This document shows positions 17,276 through 27,906 of a stretch of DNA of 31,111 nucleotides, piece after piece (position 1 is the stretch's first letter; every line of letters starts with the position of its first letter). The position numbers and the translations under genes were made by a program. Below the pieces are notes generated by a model. The model had not been told where the DNA came from and searched no databases. It was given only the letters and a program-made list of their open reading frames with translations. Source of the DNA: Propionibacteriaceae bacterium (lineage in GTDB: Bacteria; Actinomycetota; Actinomycetes; Propionibacteriales; Propionibacteriaceae). The stretch is taken from contig WQYJ01000001.1 of assembly GCA_009781325.1 (NCBI GenBank), positions 1-31,111 of the forward strand. Reading direction: 5' to 3'.

Positions 17276-17863
17276 GTGAGCACACCCCACCACGTCGGGA
17301 TTCTACCTCTTCCCTTTGCCGGCGCCGTTCATGATCTCAATGTTTTTCACTGGGACCGCCGCATTTCGGTGAGCGAGCTAGAGCCTCCCACGCACATCGC
17401 GCCCTATGCGGCTGCGATCGCTGCAGAGATCCTCGACGGCGACGACGAGGTGGCCTCCGGGCGCCTAATCCTCCTCTACGACCCAGCAGGCAATGACCTC
17501 TGGGAGGGCCATTTCAGATGTGTAACCTTTGCACAGTCAGAGGTTACCGACGAGATGATTCATGATCCATTTCTCGCCCAAGTGGGCTGGTCGTGGCTCA
17601 CCGATGCTCTCCAGTCCTGCGGGGCACGATATGGGTGTGAATCCGGAACGATTACTACCACCTCATCGACTCCTTTTGGGACCAAAGAAGACGAAGATCA
17701 GCTTTCTCACATCGAGATCCGTGCTTCGTGGACTCCCGACGATGACGACTCACTCACTCCTCACATCGAGGCTTGGCAAGACCTTCTGAGGCAGATTGCT
17801 GGGATTCCATCGGGGGATGAAAGTGTGGTAGCCCTACCTCTTCGATCGGCAGTGGGACCATGA
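17276..17863 (+). CDS. DUF3000 family protein
   Basis: PPTHIAPYAAA, ASGRLILLYDPAG, AQVGWSWLTDAL, IEIRASWTP, and the conserved position before rnd. Confidence 0.9.
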   Translation: MSTPHHVGILPLPFAGAVHDLNVFHWDRRISVSELEPPTHIAPYAAAIAAEILDGDDEVASGRLILLYDPAGNDLWEGHFRCVTFAQSEVTDEMIHDPFLAQVGWSWLTDALQSCGARYGCESGTITTTSSTPFGTKEDEDQLSHIEIRASWTPDDDDSLTPHIEAWQDLLRQIAGIPSGDESVVALPLRSAVGP

Positions 17864-19077
17864 CCCAGGATGAGCCCCGTCTATTCGTCGCCCCAGTAGT
17901 TGATCTCATTACTACTGATGAGGGGCTTGAAGCCTTAGTGTCGGTCTTAACTGATGACCCTGGGCCCGTGGCGATCGATACTGAACGAGCTTCTGGTTAC
18001 CGCTATGAACAACGGGCTTATCTCATTCAACTGAAAACCATCGCTGCCGGAACACATCTGATTGATCCTGTGGAGATCTCTGCGTCTGCCTTCGCTGACC
18101 TGGATACAGTGCTGAAAGACAAGGAATGGATCCTCCATGCGGCGAACCAAGATCTTCCGTCGTTGAGGATGAGCGGGCTTCATCCGCAGTACCTCTTCGA
18201 CACTGAGGTATCGGCACGCCTGCTTGGCCGCGAGAAGGTAGGCCTTGGGTTCCTAGTCGAGGATCTCCTGGGAGTCACCTTAGTCAAAGAACACGCCAAC
18301 TCCGACTGGTCACAGCGCCCGATTCCCGAAGCCTGGCTCTCCTATGCAGCCGGTGATGTCGAGTTCCTCATCCAACTTGCTGACCTGCTGAAAGTAGAAC
18401 TTGCCCAAGCCGGTAAGACAGCTTGGGCGCAAGAGGAGTTCAGCTACACGCTCACAGCGCCACCTCCAGTACCCAGACCAGAACCATGGCGTTCAACAAC
18501 CGACATCCACCTGGTCACCAACGTTTACGGAATGGCGGTCGTACGAGCCCTGTGGGAGGTTCGCGAACGGATCGGAAAAGACCTCGACTTAGCACCAGGG
18601 CGTATCGTCAACAGCCGAGCCATCACTGCCCTTGCTGCCACAGCAACGAAAAACGACTTCGCCCGTGGACGAAGAATGCTCTCCAGATCCGATTGGGGCT
18701 CCAAGATTGCACGCAATCACATCGAGGAATTCTATGATGCTATCGATGAGGTTGAAGACATGGATGACGATGAACTACCCGCAATGAAGGGACCTCGCAG
18801 AGGTGTTCCAGCCCCAGGTCTGTGGCCCCGCAAGAATCCCGAGGCTGCTGCTCGCTGGGAGGCCGTACGACCTGCGATGAAGGAGCTTGCTGAAGACCAT
18901 GGGCTTCCGGTGGAGAATCTCATCTCTCCTCGACCCCTGCAAACAGTGATGTGGGAACCGCAAGGATTTGACCCTGAATCTCTGGATCGCCAGTTCGCGG
19001 AGGTCGACGTACGCCCGTGGCAGCGACAACTCATCGTCCCTGTGATCTCTGCACTCTTAGCTGAACTCAACCAGTAG
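17860..19077 (+). CDS. rnd: Ribonuclease D-like DEDDy 3'-5' exonuclease with HRDC domain
   Basis: AIDTERASGYRY, LHAANQDL, FDTE, DWSQRP, YAAGDVE, DLAPGR. Confidence 0.9.
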   Translation: MTQDEPRLFVAPVVDLITTDEGLEALVSVLTDDPGPVAIDTERASGYRYEQRAYLIQLKTIAAGTHLIDPVEISASAFADLDTVLKDKEWILHAANQDLPSLRMSGLHPQYLFDTEVSARLLGREKVGLGFLVEDLLGVTLVKEHANSDWSQRPIPEAWLSYAAGDVEFLIQLADLLKVELAQAGKTAWAQEEFSYTLTAPPPVPRPEPWRSTTDIHLVTNVYGMAVVRALWEVRERIGKDLDLAPGRIVNSRAITALAATATKNDFARGRRMLSRSDWGSKIARNHIEEFYDAIDEVEDMDDDELPAMKGPRRGVPAPGLWPRKNPEAAARWEAVRPAMKELAEDHGLPVENLISPRPLQTVMWEPQGFDPESLDRQFAEVDVRPWQRQLIVPVISALLAELNQ

Positions 19078-20935
19078 AATCCAAAGCCCCCAGAACTCGG
19101 GTGAGAATCTGCGGGCAGGTGAAACCTAAGTCAGCCAAAATCGTTGATCGGGAACCATGATGAATGAACGCTGTGGGAACGGCGTACCGGATCACCTTCG
19201 CTGGATTCGACGCATCTGCCAGATTGATCTCCACATGCTGACCAAGTCCGCCGGTATCAATCCCGTCCTCAAGAGTCACCACGAGCTCGCATTCCAAGAG
19301 CGAAAGCAACCCTGGAGTCACTGGCAGCGCCCAGACCGGATCCACAACCCTGGTAGGAATCCCCGCCGCTTGCAGTTCCTTACCGACCTCAAGCGCCAGA
19401 TGAGCCAGCGGGCCATAGCCGACCAGTGCCACACGCGGGTTCTGGTCATCCAGAAGGATGTCTACTGCCTCATGGGTACGAACAGCCTTCAGATCTGGGG
19501 GTATCTCACCCTTGGGGAAGCGTACGGCTGTGGGACAGGTTTTTTCTGCAATGGCTTGACGCAGGGTTGCACACAGAGTCGCTTCATCTCGCGGTACGGC
19601 GACCCGCATCCCGGGAATATCTGAGAGAATCGTCAGATCCCACACCCCATGATGGGAGGCACCGTCAGGGCCTGTGATTCCAGCTCGGTCCAGGACAAAG
19701 GTCACCGGCATTGAGTGCAGACCGACATCCATCAGAACCTGGTCGAATCCCCTGTTGAGGAAAGACGCGTAGACAGCAACAACCGGGTGAAGCCCCGCCA
19801 TAGCCATCCCTGCTGCACTGACCACTGCATGCTGTTCAGCGATGCCGACATCGAAGACACGATCTGGGTACGCTGCTGTCATGGGCCCTAGTCCCACAGG
19901 GTTCACCATGGCGGCGCTAATAGCAACCAGATCTGGGTCTTTCTGGGCTAGGCGGACGATCTCGTGGGAAAACACCGATGTCCATGATGGCCGAGCAGCA
20001 GTGTCATCGTCACCGTTGGATTGGTTCTTGGCATCGACGGCATGGAAACGATCCTCATCGTTTTGCAGGGCAGCGGAGCAGCCGTGGCCCTTCTCTGTCA
20101 GACAGTGAACGATCACCGGACCGTCGTACTTCTTTGCCTGGATCAGTGCTTTCTCCAGAGCAACACGATCATGTCCAGGGACCGGGCCGATGTATTTCAG
20201 ACCGAGATCGCCGAAGAGTCCCTGGGGAGCCAGGATGTCCTTCAACCCGACCTTCATCCCATGAAGGAGGTCATAAGCAGGCTTACCGACCAGTGGTGTT
20301 TTCTGGACGAGGGTCTTCACCAGATCCAAGGTGGGATCATAGCGACGATCCGTACGGATTCCTGTCAGGTGCGCCGCCATGCCCCCAACAGTCGAGGTGT
20401 AGGACCGCCCATTGTCGTTGACAACAATCACCATCCGCAGATCCTTCTGCACAGCGATGTTGTTCAGAGCCTCCCAAGCCATGCCTCCGGTCAGGGCACC
20501 ATCTCCGACGACGACCACCACGGTGTGTGGGTCCCCTTTCAGTCGGAAAGCCTCAGCCATTCCCGTACCCCAGGACAGGGCTGTTGAGGCATGAGAATTC
20601 TCCACCCAGTCATGTTCTGACTCACTTCTGTTAGGGTAGCCCGACAGTCCCCCATCCTGGCGCAGAGTATCGAATCCGTCTTGTCTGCCCGTCAGAATCT
20701 TGTGAACATAGCTGATGTGGCCGGTATCAAAGATGATGGGGTCCTTGGGAGAGCGAAAAACCCGGTGGATGGCCATCGTTAGTTCCACCACGCCAAGGTT
20801 GGGCCCTAGATGGCCTCCCGTGATCGACACCTTCTCGATCAAAAATGCACGAATCTGGTCTGCGAGATCATCAAGCTCAGCCGGCATCAGGCGTGCCAAC
20901 TGCCGTGGTTTGGTGATACTCGAAAGCTCCGGCAT
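19067..20935 (-). CDS. dxs: 1-deoxy-D-xylulose-5-phosphate synthase
   Basis: GGHLGPNLGVVEL, FDTGHISYVHKILTGR, GDGALTGGMAWEALNN, DVGIAEQHAV, DRAGITGPDGASH. Confidence 0.97.
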   Translation of the reverse strand: MPELSSITKPRQLARLMPAELDDLADQIRAFLIEKVSITGGHLGPNLGVVELTMAIHRVFRSPKDPIIFDTGHISYVHKILTGRQDGFDTLRQDGGLSGYPNRSESEHDWVENSHASTALSWGTGMAEAFRLKGDPHTVVVVVGDGALTGGMAWEALNNIAVQKDLRMVIVVNDNGRSYTSTVGGMAAHLTGIRTDRRYDPTLDLVKTLVQKTPLVGKPAYDLLHGMKVGLKDILAPQGLFGDLGLKYIGPVPGHDRVALEKALIQAKKYDGPVIVHCLTEKGHGCSAALQNDEDRFHAVDAKNQSNGDDDTAARPSWTSVFSHEIVRLAQKDPDLVAISAAMVNPVGLGPMTAAYPDRVFDVGIAEQHAVVSAAGMAMAGLHPVVAVYASFLNRGFDQVLMDVGLHSMPVTFVLDRAGITGPDGASHHGVWDLTILSDIPGMRVAVPRDEATLCATLRQAIAEKTCPTAVRFPKGEIPPDLKAVRTHEAVDILLDDQNPRVALVGYGPLAHLALEVGKELQAAGIPTRVVDPVWALPVTPGLLSLLECELVVTLEDGIDTGGLGQHVEINLADASNPAKVIRYAVPTAFIHHGSRSTILADLGFTCPQILTRVLGALDSTG

Positions 20936-20995
20936 TTCGCTATTCTATCTTCCCTTGGGGCCGAAAATGTAGATGATCAGTATGGATCGCCGCAT

Positions 20996-21475
20996 CTAGG
21001 TTGCCGCTAAGACAATCAGCCACACGAGAAACTGGGCAAATCCGAGGATGAGAGTACCAAGTAATCCCAACTGTAGTTTCCGATTCGGCTCGCGGTCCGG
21101 TCGGGCAAAGGTGATCATTGCTGCCATAGCTGGAATGACCACAGCAATCGCTAACAGCCACACCACACTGGTCTCAATCACGATCTGACCAAGGATGAGT
21201 GTCATCAGAATCATCCAGGCGGCCCACTTCCATCCAAGCCGAGCAATGAACCCCGCCAGAAAGAAAAGACCACCCATCGCCACGAGCCCAAAGATGCCGG
21301 TCACTCCCGGCATGCACAACCCGAATTCATCGTCTTGGCAGACCGGTAGCGCAGCGATGATCGGAGAGGCGATGACCATGACTACTCCAGCCACCAGCGA
21401 AGCCCCCAGCACCCCGAGATAGGAGTACGCGAACCTCGCAGCTCCCCAGGGCGGTTCATCGACTCGGAACCTCAT
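20996..21475 (-). CDS. Hypothetical integral membrane protein (about 5 TM helices)
   Basis: Strongly hydrophobic 159-aa ORF whose start overlaps the acnA stop (ATGA). Confidence 0.75.
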   Translation of the reverse strand: MRFRVDEPPWGAARFAYSYLGVLGASLVAGVVMVIASPIIAALPVCQDDEFGLCMPGVTGIFGLVAMGGLFFLAGFIARLGWKWAAWMILMTLILGQIVIETSVVWLLAIAVVIPAMAAMITFARPDREPNRKLQLGLLGTLILGFAQFLVWLIVLAAT

Positions 21476-24045
21476 AGCAGACCTGCCAGCGCCCTTGCCT
21501 GGAATGGGAGGATACCTCCGTGGCGGATATAGCGCTGTTCTGTGGGGGTGTCGACACGCAAGACCACCTGATGGCGCTGGGAATCCACAAGTACGTCGAC
21601 GATGCGCGGAAGCGGATCAGTGGTCAACCCTTCAATGGTGATGGTCTCTTCACCAGTCAGACCCCAGGTTGCCGCTGATTCGCCTTCCATGAACTGCAGA
21701 GGCAGAATTCCCATACCCACCAGATTGGAACGGTGAATTCTCTCGAAGCTTTCTGCCAGGACAGCTTTAACTCCTAGCAGAGCAGCGCCCTTAGCTGCCC
21801 AGTCCCGGCTCGATCCTGATCCGTATTCCTTTCCGGCGACCACCACGAGCGGAATCCGCTGGGCACCATAGGATTCGGCTGCCTCAAAGACAGAGACAAT
21901 CGGATGATCTGGGTTGGTGAAGTCCTTGGTAAAACCACCCTCAACACCGTCAACCATGAGGTTGCGCAGCCGGATATTTGCGAAGGTTCCTCGCATCATC
22001 ACCTCATGGTTTCCTCGTCTTGACCCGTAGGAGTTGAAGTCTGCGCACTCAACCCCTTGATCAGTGAGGTAAGAACCAGCAGGGCTCTCACGCTTGATCG
22101 ACCCGGCTGGTGATATGTGATCAGTGGTGACCGAATCGCCGACTATCAGCAGAATTCTGGCACCATAGATATCCTCAACGGGATCGGGAGCAGGCCGCAT
22201 TGTGTCGAAGTAGGGTGCTCGGCGGATATAGCTCGACTCTGACCACTGGAACTGACTCCCAGTAGGACTGGGCAGATTCTGCCATCTCTGGGCTCCGGTG
22301 AAGACTTCGGCGTAGCGGGCAGAAAACATGGAGGCATTCACGGCTTCTGCCATGGCGGCTTCGATCTCATCTGTGTGCGGCCAAATGTCTTTCAAGTACA
22401 CCGGCTGGCCATCCACCCCGACACCGAGCGCCTCGCTAGTCAGATCAATATCCATGGTTCCTGCTAAGGCATAGGCGACCACTAATGGAGGGCTGGCGAG
22501 GTAGTTCATGCGTACTTCGGGAGAAATCCGGCCTTCGAAGTTTCTGTTGCCGCTCAGTACGGCGGTTGCCACAATTCCGCAGTCAACAGCCTGCGTGACC
22601 TGCGGAACAACAGGACCTGAGTTTCCGATGCAGGTCATGCAGCCATATCCGACCAGGTAGAAACCTAAAGCCTCGAGTGAACTAGTCAGACCCGCTTTGT
22701 CGAGATAGTCCGTCACGACCTGGGAACCGGGTGACAAGGTGGTCTTGACCCATGGTTTGACACTCAAACCTTTCTCAACAGCCTTCTTGGCGACCAAACC
22801 GGCCGCGATCATCACGGAAGGATTCGAGGTGTTGGTGCAGCTAGTGATAGCAGCAACAGCGACGAGCCCGGACCTCAGATCGCCAATTTCAGTGGTCACA
22901 GAATCGGGGCCTGTGTCCGGAACAGCGGAACGGAATGAATTGCGGGCATCGCGCAGGTCAATGTAATCCTGGGGCCGTTTGGGTCCCGATATTGCCGGAC
23001 AGGCATCGGCGAGGTTGATGGTCAGTGTCTCGGAATAGCTAACCCGGCGCTCTCCCCAGAAACCCTGGGCCTTGGCATAGGCTTCGACCAGTTCGAGTTG
23101 TTCACTGGGGCGCCCGGTCATCGCCAGATAGTCAATGGTTCTGGCATCAATGGGGAACAGACAGGCAGTTGAGCCGTACTCCGGACACATGTTGGCGATT
23201 GTTGCTCGAATCTCCACACTTAACTGACTCAGGGCATCCCCATAGAACTCAACAAACTTACCCACCACACCGTGGCGGCGAAGACGCTGGGTAATCATCA
23301 GAACCAGGTCTGTGGAGGTGACCCCTGGGGGGAGTTCTCCTGTCAGTTCCACCCCAACGACGAAGGGCAGGGTCATGGAGATAGGTTGGCCCAGCATCGC
23401 AGCTTCAGCCTCAATACCTCCGACTCCCCATCCCAGAACCCCCAATCCATTGATCATGGTGGTGTGAGAGTCCGTACCCACGCAGGTATCGGGATAGACC
23501 ACGTCGGAGTCAACCATCACAACGCGGGCTAAGTGCTCGATGTTGACCTGATGAACGATACCCTTGCCAGGAGGTACGACTCGGAAGTTATCGAAAGCCT
23601 GCTGTCCCCACTTCAGGAATTGATACCTCTCCTGGTTACGTTGGAACTCCAGGTCAATGTTGCGTGAGATGGACGCTGGCGTACCGAAATCATCGGCGAC
23701 AACAGAATGGTCGATCACAAGCTCTGTCGGTACGCTCGGATTGACCAGATCGGGGTCTCCTCCTAGGGCTTGAACAGCCTCGCGCAGTGTGGCGAGATCG
23801 ACCACGCACGGTACGCCGGTGAAATCCTGCATGATGACCCGTGCAGGGCTGTACTCGATTTCCTGATTGGGGTCGCTGGTTGGCGACCATGAACGAAGAG
23901 CCTCGATTTGTGCGGGATCTGCTCCATTCCTGATCAGGTTTTCCGCCACGATTGCTACGGTGAGCGGAAGCCGAGTAGTCAGATCACTCACATCGTAGTA
24001 TCGGTATGTTCTGTCTTTGAGATTCAGCTGCGCATAATTGGTCAT
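21472..24045 (-). CDS. acnA: Aconitate hydratase A
   Basis: [82 protein letters not shown] before the ATG at 24045. Confidence 0.97.
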   Translation of the reverse strand: MTNYAQLNLKDRTYRYYDVSDLTTRLPLTVAIVAENLIRNGADPAQIEALRSWSPTSDPNQEIEYSPARVIMQDFTGVPCVVDLATLREAVQALGGDPDLVNPSVPTELVIDHSVVADDFGTPASISRNIDLEFQRNQERYQFLKWGQQAFDNFRVVPPGKGIVHQVNIEHLARVVMVDSDVVYPDTCVGTDSHTTMINGLGVLGWGVGGIEAEAAMLGQPISMTLPFVVGVELTGELPPGVTSTDLVLMITQRLRRHGVVGKFVEFYGDALSQLSVEIRATIANMCPEYGSTACLFPIDARTIDYLAMTGRPSEQLELVEAYAKAQGFWGERRVSYSETLTINLADACPAISGPKRPQDYIDLRDARNSFRSAVPDTGPDSVTTEIGDLRSGLVAVAAITSCTNTSNPSVMIAAGLVAKKAVEKGLSVKPWVKTTLSPGSQVVTDYLDKAGLTSSLEALGFYLVGYGCMTCIGNSGPVVPQVTQAVDCGIVATAVLSGNRNFEGRISPEVRMNYLASPPLVVAYALAGTMDIDLTSEALGVGVDGQPVYLKDIWPHTDEIEAAMAEAVNASMFSARYAEVFTGAQRWQNLPSPTGSQFQWSESSYIRRAPYFDTMRPAPDPVEDIYGARILLIVGDSVTTDHISPAGSIKRESPAGSYLTDQGVECADFNSYGSRRGNHEVMMRGTFANIRLRNLMVDGVEGGFTKDFTNPDHPIVSVFEAAESYGAQRIPLVVVAGKEYGSGSSRDWAAKGAALLGVKAVLAESFERIHRSNLVGMGILPLQFMEGESAATWGLTGEETITIEGLTTDPLPRIVDVLVDSQRHQVVLRVDTPTEQRYIRHGGILPFQARALAGLL

Positions 24046-24136
24046 CGATATCCTTCCTAGTACATCCATCCTACTGGGCTGCTGCAATCCCGGAATGACG
24101 GTGGTTTCTTAAGTGAAATAGCCTATAATTTCCCCC

Positions 24137-24724
24137 ATGACACAGCCTCCGTTCGGGTCCAGCCCTTATAACCCAACTCCTCAACCGTCGAGCCCCTCGG
24201 CTCCGCCATCCTATTCGCAGCCTCAATCTGCGTATTCTCCGGCTCCTCCGCCCTATTCACCGACTCCTGCGCCCTACAATCCTGGGCCGGCTTACCCGGG
24301 TTATCCTGGGGCTGCACCTGCCTCGGCGCCTGCCGCACCTGCGAAGACGAAGAAGTCTCCTATTCTTGGGATCTTCGGTTTCCTGATCGTACTAGCCAGT
24401 ACGGCTGCCTACTTCTTGTGCTGCTTGGGGCTCCTCAACAACATTCTCAATCTTCTCGGGTCTGGTGCCTTGGATAACTACATTCCCGATCTCAACAATC
24501 TTGACATGCTCAATACTGAAGAGGCTCAGGTCATCACTAACTTAAGCAGGGGTGTGTTAACAGCCACGGGAGCTGGAATCGTCGGTTTGGTCCTTTCGAT
24601 CATTGCCACAGCGACGAAGAGGGGCCGCGGCTTGGGTATCATCGGGATGATCCTTGGAATCCTTGCTCCGTTCACCGCCATTATCGCGTTTAATATCTCC
24701 ATGGCACTATACGGAGGGATGTAA
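24137..24724 (+). CDS. Pro/Tyr-rich N-terminus membrane protein (DUF4190-like architecture)
   Basis: Low-complexity P/Y/S N-terminus, 3 hydrophobic segments and a KRGRGLG loop. TATAAT lies 7 nt before the ATG. Confidence 0.7.
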   Translation: MTQPPFGSSPYNPTPQPSSPSAPPSYSQPQSAYSPAPPPYSPTPAPYNPGPAYPGYPGAAPASAPAAPAKTKKSPILGIFGFLIVLASTAAYFLCCLGLLNNILNLLGSGALDNYIPDLNNLDMLNTEEAQVITNLSRGVLTATGAGIVGLVLSIIATATKRGRGLGIIGMILGILAPFTAIIAFNISMALYGGM

Positions 24725-25450
24725 CCCCTCAATCACCGGTGTCAGCGGGATAATCGCACCCGGTGCCATAGCGGTATCACCTCGCCGAACCACAGTGTTA
24801 TGGACAAACTCTTTGAGTTCTGCCCCTGTTGGGCTGTCTGCATCGAGTGCCGCTTTTCCCGTGAGACGGGCATTGAGCACCCAGCGCGGACCAGCAATCA
24901 GCCAATCCCTGACCGGGGCATAGCCTTGTTTACCTTGGGGATCTGTGATGGCAAGAACCCGGCGAAGCTCTGTACCGAAAGGGCCTGGGGCTGTCTGCAC
25001 CGCTTTGACCCCCTTCGCCAGCTCTTCCCGGATAACACTGCAATAGCCTGGTACGCCAGGAGCTGCGTACACGGTCAATTGGAGAGCTGAGTCATCGCAG
25101 TTGGACACAAGCAGGTGTTTGATTTCCTTAGTTCCCTGCTCCGCGATCAGAGTGAGTTTCATCCCAGCCTCTGGGGTGACGACGAGGACACCCAGATCGA
25201 GGCGTTTCACCTCATCACCGCCGAGGTCAACTTCATCGATGTCAAAGGGGCCGTCAACTCGCCAATCTTGGCTCAGATCGAGACGAGTCCACTCATCGAC
25301 TTCTTCTTCGAACTCATCGTCTTCGAGATCCTCAAACTCGTCATCCTCGAAATCCTCATCGACTTCTTCCTGATCGAGGTCAGTTACTTCCTGAGCACTG
25401 TCAACTAGGTCTTCTGTGTCAGCTTCGCTCTTCTTGCGTCCGAAGATCAC
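24707..25450 (-). CDS. DUF3710 family protein
   Basis: MIFGRKK start (GTG with upstream GGATGGAG), acidic tract, GPFDIDEV, LDLGVL, GPFGTEL, GPRWVL, RRGDTAMAPG. Lies downstream of dut. Confidence 0.88.
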   Translation of the reverse strand: MIFGRKKSEADTEDLVDSAQEVTDLDQEEVDEDFEDDEFEDLEDDEFEEEVDEWTRLDLSQDWRVDGPFDIDEVDLGGDEVKRLDLGVLVVTPEAGMKLTLIAEQGTKEIKHLLVSNCDDSALQLTVYAAPGVPGYCSVIREELAKGVKAVQTAPGPFGTELRRVLAITDPQGKQGYAPVRDWLIAGPRWVLNARLTGKAALDADSPTGAELKEFVHNTVVRRGDTAMAPGAIIPLTPVIEGLHPSV

Positions 25451-25475
25451 GTCAACTCCATCCTTGTTTTCTTCG

Positions 25476-25937
25476 TTATGCAGATTTCCATGCCGCGACT
25501 CCACCGGAGGAACCATATCCCCCAGAACCCCTGGATGAGTCCGGCAGGGTATCTGCTTGAACAAACTGGGCAGACTCTACTGCCTGAATGACCATCTGAG
25601 CAACAAGATCGCCGCGTTTCAGTTCAATGGGGGTTGTTGGATCAGTGTTGATGAGGCAGATTCTTATCTCGCCGCGGTAACCGGCATCGATGATCCCGGG
25701 ACTGTTGACGATGGACAATCCTGATCGAGCAGCCAGACCTGAGCGCGGACAGACAAATCCTGCGTAGCCCATCGGGATGGCTACCGACAAGCCAGTACCG
25801 ATGACTTGGCGTTGGCCGGGGGCTAGATAGACATCCTCCATGGTGGCCAGATCTGCACCTGCGTCACCCTCATGAGCGTACGCAGGTATAGGCGCATTGT
25901 CGTCGAGTCTGACGACGTCAATTCGGCAATTTTCCAT
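25476..25937 (-). CDS. dut: dUTP diphosphatase
   Basis: [54 protein letters not shown] before the ATG at 25937. Confidence 0.96.
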   Translation of the reverse strand: MENCRIDVVRLDDNAPIPAYAHEGDAGADLATMEDVYLAPGQRQVIGTGLSVAIPMGYAGFVCPRSGLAARSGLSIVNSPGIIDAGYRGEIRICLINTDPTTPIELKRGDLVAQMVIQAVESAQFVQADTLPDSSRGSGGYGSSGGVAAWKSA

Positions 25938-26010
25938 GATCTCCACCTTAGACCCGAATCCACATCCAGTAGACTACCTAGTGAGGTCCGACCTGACCAG
26001 TGAAGGAGCA

Positions 26011-26274
26011 ATGATGGACAAGGTCATCGTAGAAAAGATATACACCGCCCTACTGTCAGCAGCCGTCACATTCGTTGCAGGTTTCGCCATCAAGAAGCTG
26101 TGGACACTGGTCACAGGCGGGGAACCCCCGGATCCTGAAGATCACGAGGTCCCAATTCAGTCAGCCGTAGCATGGTTCCTCGCCTCAGGCATTGGGGTTG
26201 GCCTTGCCCAACTGCTCTTCCACCGCTCTGTGGCAAAGCGCAGGCACCTGAGTCGGCTCAATCGCGAGCTTTAG
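26011..26274 (+). CDS. DUF4235 family small membrane protein
   Basis: KKLWTLVTGGEPPDPED and AVAWFLASGIGVG pattern, GAAGGAG RBS. Confidence 0.8.
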   Translation: MMDKVIVEKIYTALLSAAVTFVAGFAIKKLWTLVTGGEPPDPEDHEVPIQSAVAWFLASGIGVGLAQLLFHRSVAKRRHLSRLNREL

Positions 26275-26290
26275 GTTTCGCAAAAACGCA

Positions 26291-26514
26291 AACACAGCCC
26301 GAACACCCACCCCCGGTCATCCTGCCGCCAGGCAGGACCCCCGGCAGCCAACGTATGGACTTGGGTAACGCCAACACAGCCCGAACACCCGCCCCCCGGT
26401 CATCCTGCCGCCAGGCAGGACCCCCGGCAGCCAACGTATGGACTTGGGTAAAGATCCATCCCCAGACCCGACATCGGCTGCCGGGGGTCCTGCCTTCGGC
26501 AGGATGACCTGGGG
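26291..26514. repeat. Repeat family B: REP/BIME-like cluster
   Basis: Two direct copies (26291-26368 and 26373-26451; one substitution and one indel apart) plus an inverted partial copy (26476-26514). Each has an internal hairpin TCCTGCC-(gcca or ttc)-GGCAGGA. Confidence 0.92.
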
Positions 26515-26555
26515 AGAGAGTATCGCAAAACCAATAGCGGCACTTTGTGGGGTGA

Positions 26556-26852
26556 CTATACGCAGTCGACGCAGAACTCCTCGTTGTTGCGTACTGTTGC
26601 GATCTGACTGCGGTTCTTCACGAGGAAGCATCCCGCGCAGGTGAATTCGTCGGCTTGGCGCGGAATAACGCGCACAGTGAGTTCCTCATTCGACAAATCT
26701 GCACCAGGGAGCTCAAAGCTCTCAGCCGCCTCGGCCTCGTCCTCATCAACGGAACCTGAGTTTTTATCATTGCGACGAGTCTTTAATTCCTCAATACTGT
26801 CTTCGCTGATCTCCTCATCCGATTTGCGTGGGGCATCATAATCGGTCGCCAT
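26556..26852 (-). CDS. DUF4193 family protein
   Basis: MATDYDAPRK, SFELPGADLSNEEL, IPRQADEFTCAGCFLV, CVDC. Confidence 0.92.
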   Translation of the reverse strand: MATDYDAPRKSDEEISEDSIEELKTRRNDKNSGSVDEDEAEAAESFELPGADLSNEELTVRVIPRQADEFTCAGCFLVKNRSQIATVRNNEEFCVDCV

Positions 26853-27060
26853 CAAATTTCACCTCTTTTAGTTTCCAAGTCGCAACTCCTGACCGCACAT
26901 ATGTACCATAATCTAGCCAAGAAAGCTACTCAGAACCCGCGTGTCCCATTTTCCATCTCTCAATTTGGGCAGTTTCGAGGTTCGGATTAAGTATGCAGCC
27001 CATTCTTACGGGATAATGAACATGAGGTTTTTGACACCCCACAGGAAGAGGATCGAGCCC

Positions 27061-27906
27061 ATGACGGCTACCATGACACCGCGCGACATTCAATTGCGCA
27101 TACGCAGCGGTGACTCACTGGCTGATGTCATTGCTGCCTCTGGTTTGCCTGCTGCTCGGGTCGAAGCTTTCGCGGCCCCCATCATCGCCGAACGTGAACA
27201 CACCACAACGACTGCCCTAGCAGCACCGGTACGCCGCCGCGGGGAAACTGCGTCGGCTCGCAGACTGCGCAAGACAGTCGCTGAGGCGCTGCTTGATCGA
27301 GGCCAAGACATTGACTTTGTCACCTGGGATTCCTGGCGCCGCTCAGACGGACGCTGGATCATCCAAGGAACGTGGACTCACCAGAAAAACGATCAGTGCG
27401 CCCGCTTCCTCTTCGACCCCAAAGGCCGCTTCTCGATCGCTGACAATGATCAAGCACGGCTTCTGGTCGGTGATCTTCCCCTAGCACGACCCAAGGATTT
27501 CGAGGCCGAGACAACCGAACAGGTCGAGCAGCGGACCTGGCTGGTGCAGACAAACCTTGCTGAAGAGACCACTCTGGGCCTTGCCGAGGAAACTACCCTG
27601 GGTCTGTCAGCCGACGATGAGGATTCCCTGCGCTCCGACATCGATCTTCTCTATGACATGATTTCGACCATCGACGAGGATTCCGTACGTATCTTCCGCG
27701 GGCTGAGAGAACCACTGCCAAGTTCGCAGGAATCCAGTCTCCATCCCCGCCCTGCTCCGATGCCAGAACCGGTGAAGGAACCTGTCGGTGTCGTTGCTGT
27801 GCCGCCGGAACCCGTCACCGATGACGAAGATCCAACTCCGGCTCGCAAACGTAAGCGCGCTTCTGTGCCCGCCTGGGACGACATTATCTTCGGTGGCCGC
27901 AGCTAA
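27061..27906 (+). CDS. sepH: Septation protein SepH (DUF3071)
   Basis: TPRDIQLRIRSG, FAAPIIAERE, WDSWRRSDGRW, ARFLFD and the C-terminal RKRASVPAWDDIIFG. Start inferred from the AGAGG RBS. Confidence 0.85.
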   Translation: MTATMTPRDIQLRIRSGDSLADVIAASGLPAARVEAFAAPIIAEREHTTTTALAAPVRRRGETASARRLRKTVAEALLDRGQDIDFVTWDSWRRSDGRWIIQGTWTHQKNDQCARFLFDPKGRFSIADNDQARLLVGDLPLARPKDFEAETTEQVEQRTWLVQTNLAEETTLGLAEETTLGLSADDEDSLRSDIDLLYDMISTIDEDSVRIFRGLREPLPSSQESSLHPRPAPMPEPVKEPVGVVAVPPEPVTDDEDPTPARKRKRASVPAWDDIIFGGRS

